64,000 nt of DNA, from contig NMRA01000398.1 in assembly GCA_002633005.1 (NCBI GenBank), forward strand, positions 132,010 through 196,009, given 5' to 3'. Below, piece by piece: positions 61,463-64,000 of the stretch (positions are counted from its first letter, which is position 1; every line of letters starts with the position of its first letter). A program made the position numbers and the translations under genes. Under the pieces are notes generated by a model that saw nothing but the letters and a program-made list of their open reading frames with translations, had not been told where the DNA came from and made no database searches. The DNA comes from Phoronis australis (Eukaryota > Animalia > Phoronida).

Positions 61463-63861
61463 GCCCGGTTTATATGGTGTACTTTTACACCTGTATGTAA
61501 CTATACACCATACGCAAATCTACACCCGGGTGTACGTGAAAACTTACATCGCGTAGCTTTTGGAAAAATGAAAAAGCAACATTCGCGCTCTGTATTCTAA
61601 AAATTTCGCTGTCAAAACGACAAGAGAAATGTTTGCTAGTGAAGAAAGAATCAGAACAACTGCCTTGACTCTGGGTAGCTCTGAGAATCGGGTGTCAGTC
61701 TCCTCAAGATTGTTTTGGAACTATTTCGCAAACAGCAGGTATGAATATATTAAGAAAGATCTATGTACTCAGGTGCAGAACGCATTTAACAATAAAAATT
61801 TGAAACACGAAGGAGGGGGGTGAGGTGTCACATTTTTTCCTTGTGGATATGTGGGCGCAGGTTGTTAGCTTTCGTTTCGAGTCACGAGTCTACTCAAACA
61901 GAACATCCGGTCATTAAAATTTTAGAATCTTCTAGGATGTTCGCCACCATACTATTGTAGGCAAATTACATGTACATCCTTACTGTCCTGACCTCATGGG
62001 TCGTGCCAATCAAGTGCTATCTGCTAGAACACAGACAGAACAATAAAAAAATAAAATGATTAAATTAAGAACAGTGTCAGTCTATTCATGACAAAGGTAT
62101 GCAAATTCTCAAACAGCAGATCCCGTCCATAAGTTCTAGGAGCCTACTCATTTTGCCACGTGTTCCTCGAATGTTTTGCAAACCAGTAAGACTACCCATC
62201 TGTCAGGTCGGAGTCAAGTCGTAATGGGTGCCAACACGACTTGGTAACCAAAGTGTTGGCAACCTTCAGCGGAATGACGAAAACATACATGACACTAGCT
62301 CAACCAGAGCCGATTACTTGATTCTGGGCAACTTTTTCATAAGGCCATCAACCATGATAAATTTCTGATTTCTTAATTCAGGCGATCTGGTACCGTTGGT
62401 AGTATTATATCAATTATCACGTCCGAAATATTGTTCGCGATTTTCGTTTCAACACGGCGGTTCTAGTATTCGTATATTTCAGGTGTGTGATTACTGACGC
62501 GGCGGATTACATTAGTGATGTAAACACAAGATGGTTTGGCCGGGTCACATGAATGACGCACTCAGGCTGGCTTTTGGAAATTCAGTGAACAACGAACCTT
62601 TGCAAAAGTGAACAGAAAAGCTGGATTGTATTGTGGAATTCATAAGTATGCCTGTTGCACCTATCAGCCATCGAAACCGTGCCAGCAATATTAAAAAGCA
62701 CGGACAGCAGCATTTCAAAAGACCATGTCTCAACCACAATTGACAGCAAAAGATCTATCAGACCTTTAAAGGGAAGTGATATATCTTAAAAAGAGATGAG
62801 ACCACAGTACTTTTGAAATTGCATTTTTGGTGGGATGATGTCGCTGCGGTCACCATAGGCGGATTTAGGGGGGGGTGGCGGTGGCCCGCCCGCCCCTTGG
62901 CTGCCGCAAAAAAACAAAACAGCAAGAGCGTANTATCATGATGGCTAAGTATAGGCTCTCCCGCGACATTTCAGACGACCGGTAGTGGCGCTGCGCACTA
63001 CGACTCCGTTTCCGTCGTCTGCTTCACTGTGCAATGAAGAAAATTACTTCATTTTTAATGAAAATGGAATCTTAGTGACGATGAAAAAACAGAAGCTGCT
63101 GGTAAGATGTGAATTTTTAACGAAATCTTTGTGAATCACTCAGAAACTCACAACAAATTTGTTACGAACTGATTGCACAAAATATAAAAAGTGTAATAAA
63201 TATTACAAAAAGAAGTAGGTTTCGCGCGCAAACGCTGTGGACCATAAACAAGTAGGTCTCTTAGAAACAATGTGCGAGTGAAGTCGTGGTGGTGCAGTGG
63301 TAAAGCACGCGCGTTCTATCCGCCAGGTCGTGACTTCGAGTCTGATAATTGCAATGTTTCAAGTTTGACAAGGTTACCGTGTTTTTTTGCTTTCTTTTTC
63401 CTTTGCCTTTTTTCTTTGATAATATTTAAGGAATCACAGAAAATGCTTGATTTTTAGAGGAAAAAACAGAAAAAAATCCTGGTGGGAGGGGGGGGGGCAA
63501 ACTCCCCTCCCGACCTCCCCCCATTCGGTGCTATGCGCATCTACAATCGCGCTTTTCGCAAATGTTTACAAACAAAATGTTGGGCCCCCTTGTGATATCC
63601 TAGATCCGCCTATGGAGACACTTATGCAAACCCGTGTGTAACTTAAATCACGTTCACATGTGCCAAGAGTATTATTTGCATCTCTTTAAATACATGTATA
63701 CATTTACATGACCTCTGGAGTTGAGGTAGTTATCAACTCAGTATTAACACCTGGCCGAGTGTATTATTTTGCGTTTATAGGGCAAAACGTTCACACCATA
63801 CGTAAATGCTCATTGAGGTTAAAATGCACACTCGGGTGTAAACACCAACATGTAAACGGGG
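61463..63861. mobile_element. Possible old TIR element with tacacccgggtgta palindromes, enclosing younger insertions
   Basis: gcccggtttatatggtgt..tttacacc at left versus ggtgtaaacaccaacatgtaaacgggg at right; shared acaccatacg.aaat words. Confidence 0.4.
62854..63614 (+). mobile_element. Same MITE, copy 3
   Basis: Ends cataggcggat / atccgcctatg. Flanks gtcac / gagac give only an imperfect TSD. Confidence 0.88.
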
Positions 63862-64000
63862 GTTTAGTTGTAAGCGACACGCACGTTGTATGAAACGACG
63901 CAGACTAGTTTCGATTTCATGAGCATCAGTGGGCCCCGCCGACACTTGCCACAATGAACCAGCCTCCCGTTCAGTAACGCTAGGACCTCGCTAAAAAGCA

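Noticed and set aside
1-64000. Frequent TACATGTA palindromes as a regulatory code
   Set aside because: They are scattered without clustering and look like a genome-wide compositional feature.

Overview
This is AT-rich, intron-containing animal DNA, most likely a marine invertebrate; that taxon is inferred from the repeat families and composition only. One host gene dominates. It is on the minus strand and could be reconstructed by hand as 13 phase-compatible GT-AG exons, from ATG 27345 down to 962 (2579 nt, about 860 codons), and it continues past the left edge. It encodes a signal peptide, a MEGF10/Draper-like EMI domain, Cys-rich/EGF-like modules and beta-rich FN3-like repeats. The 5' part of this gene (promoter, signal-peptide exon, intron 1 and the start of exon 2) is duplicated in tandem: about 15282-27790 versus 28376-39430. 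The upstream copy keeps an intact second signal-peptide exon but has a truncated exon 2. The rest of the window is a dense, nested transposon landscape. It includes a MITE with 5-bp TSDs carrying a tRNA-like module (3 copies), Harbinger-, Kolobok- and Helentron-type non-autonomous elements, a near-identical 920-bp head-to-tail dimer, and L2/CR1, RTE-X-like and Tx1/L1 LINE relics. It also holds decayed hAT and spliced IS3EU-like transposases, a Penelope-like inverted repeat and an unexplained hairpin-dense block. All calls come from manual reading and translation; no database searches were run.
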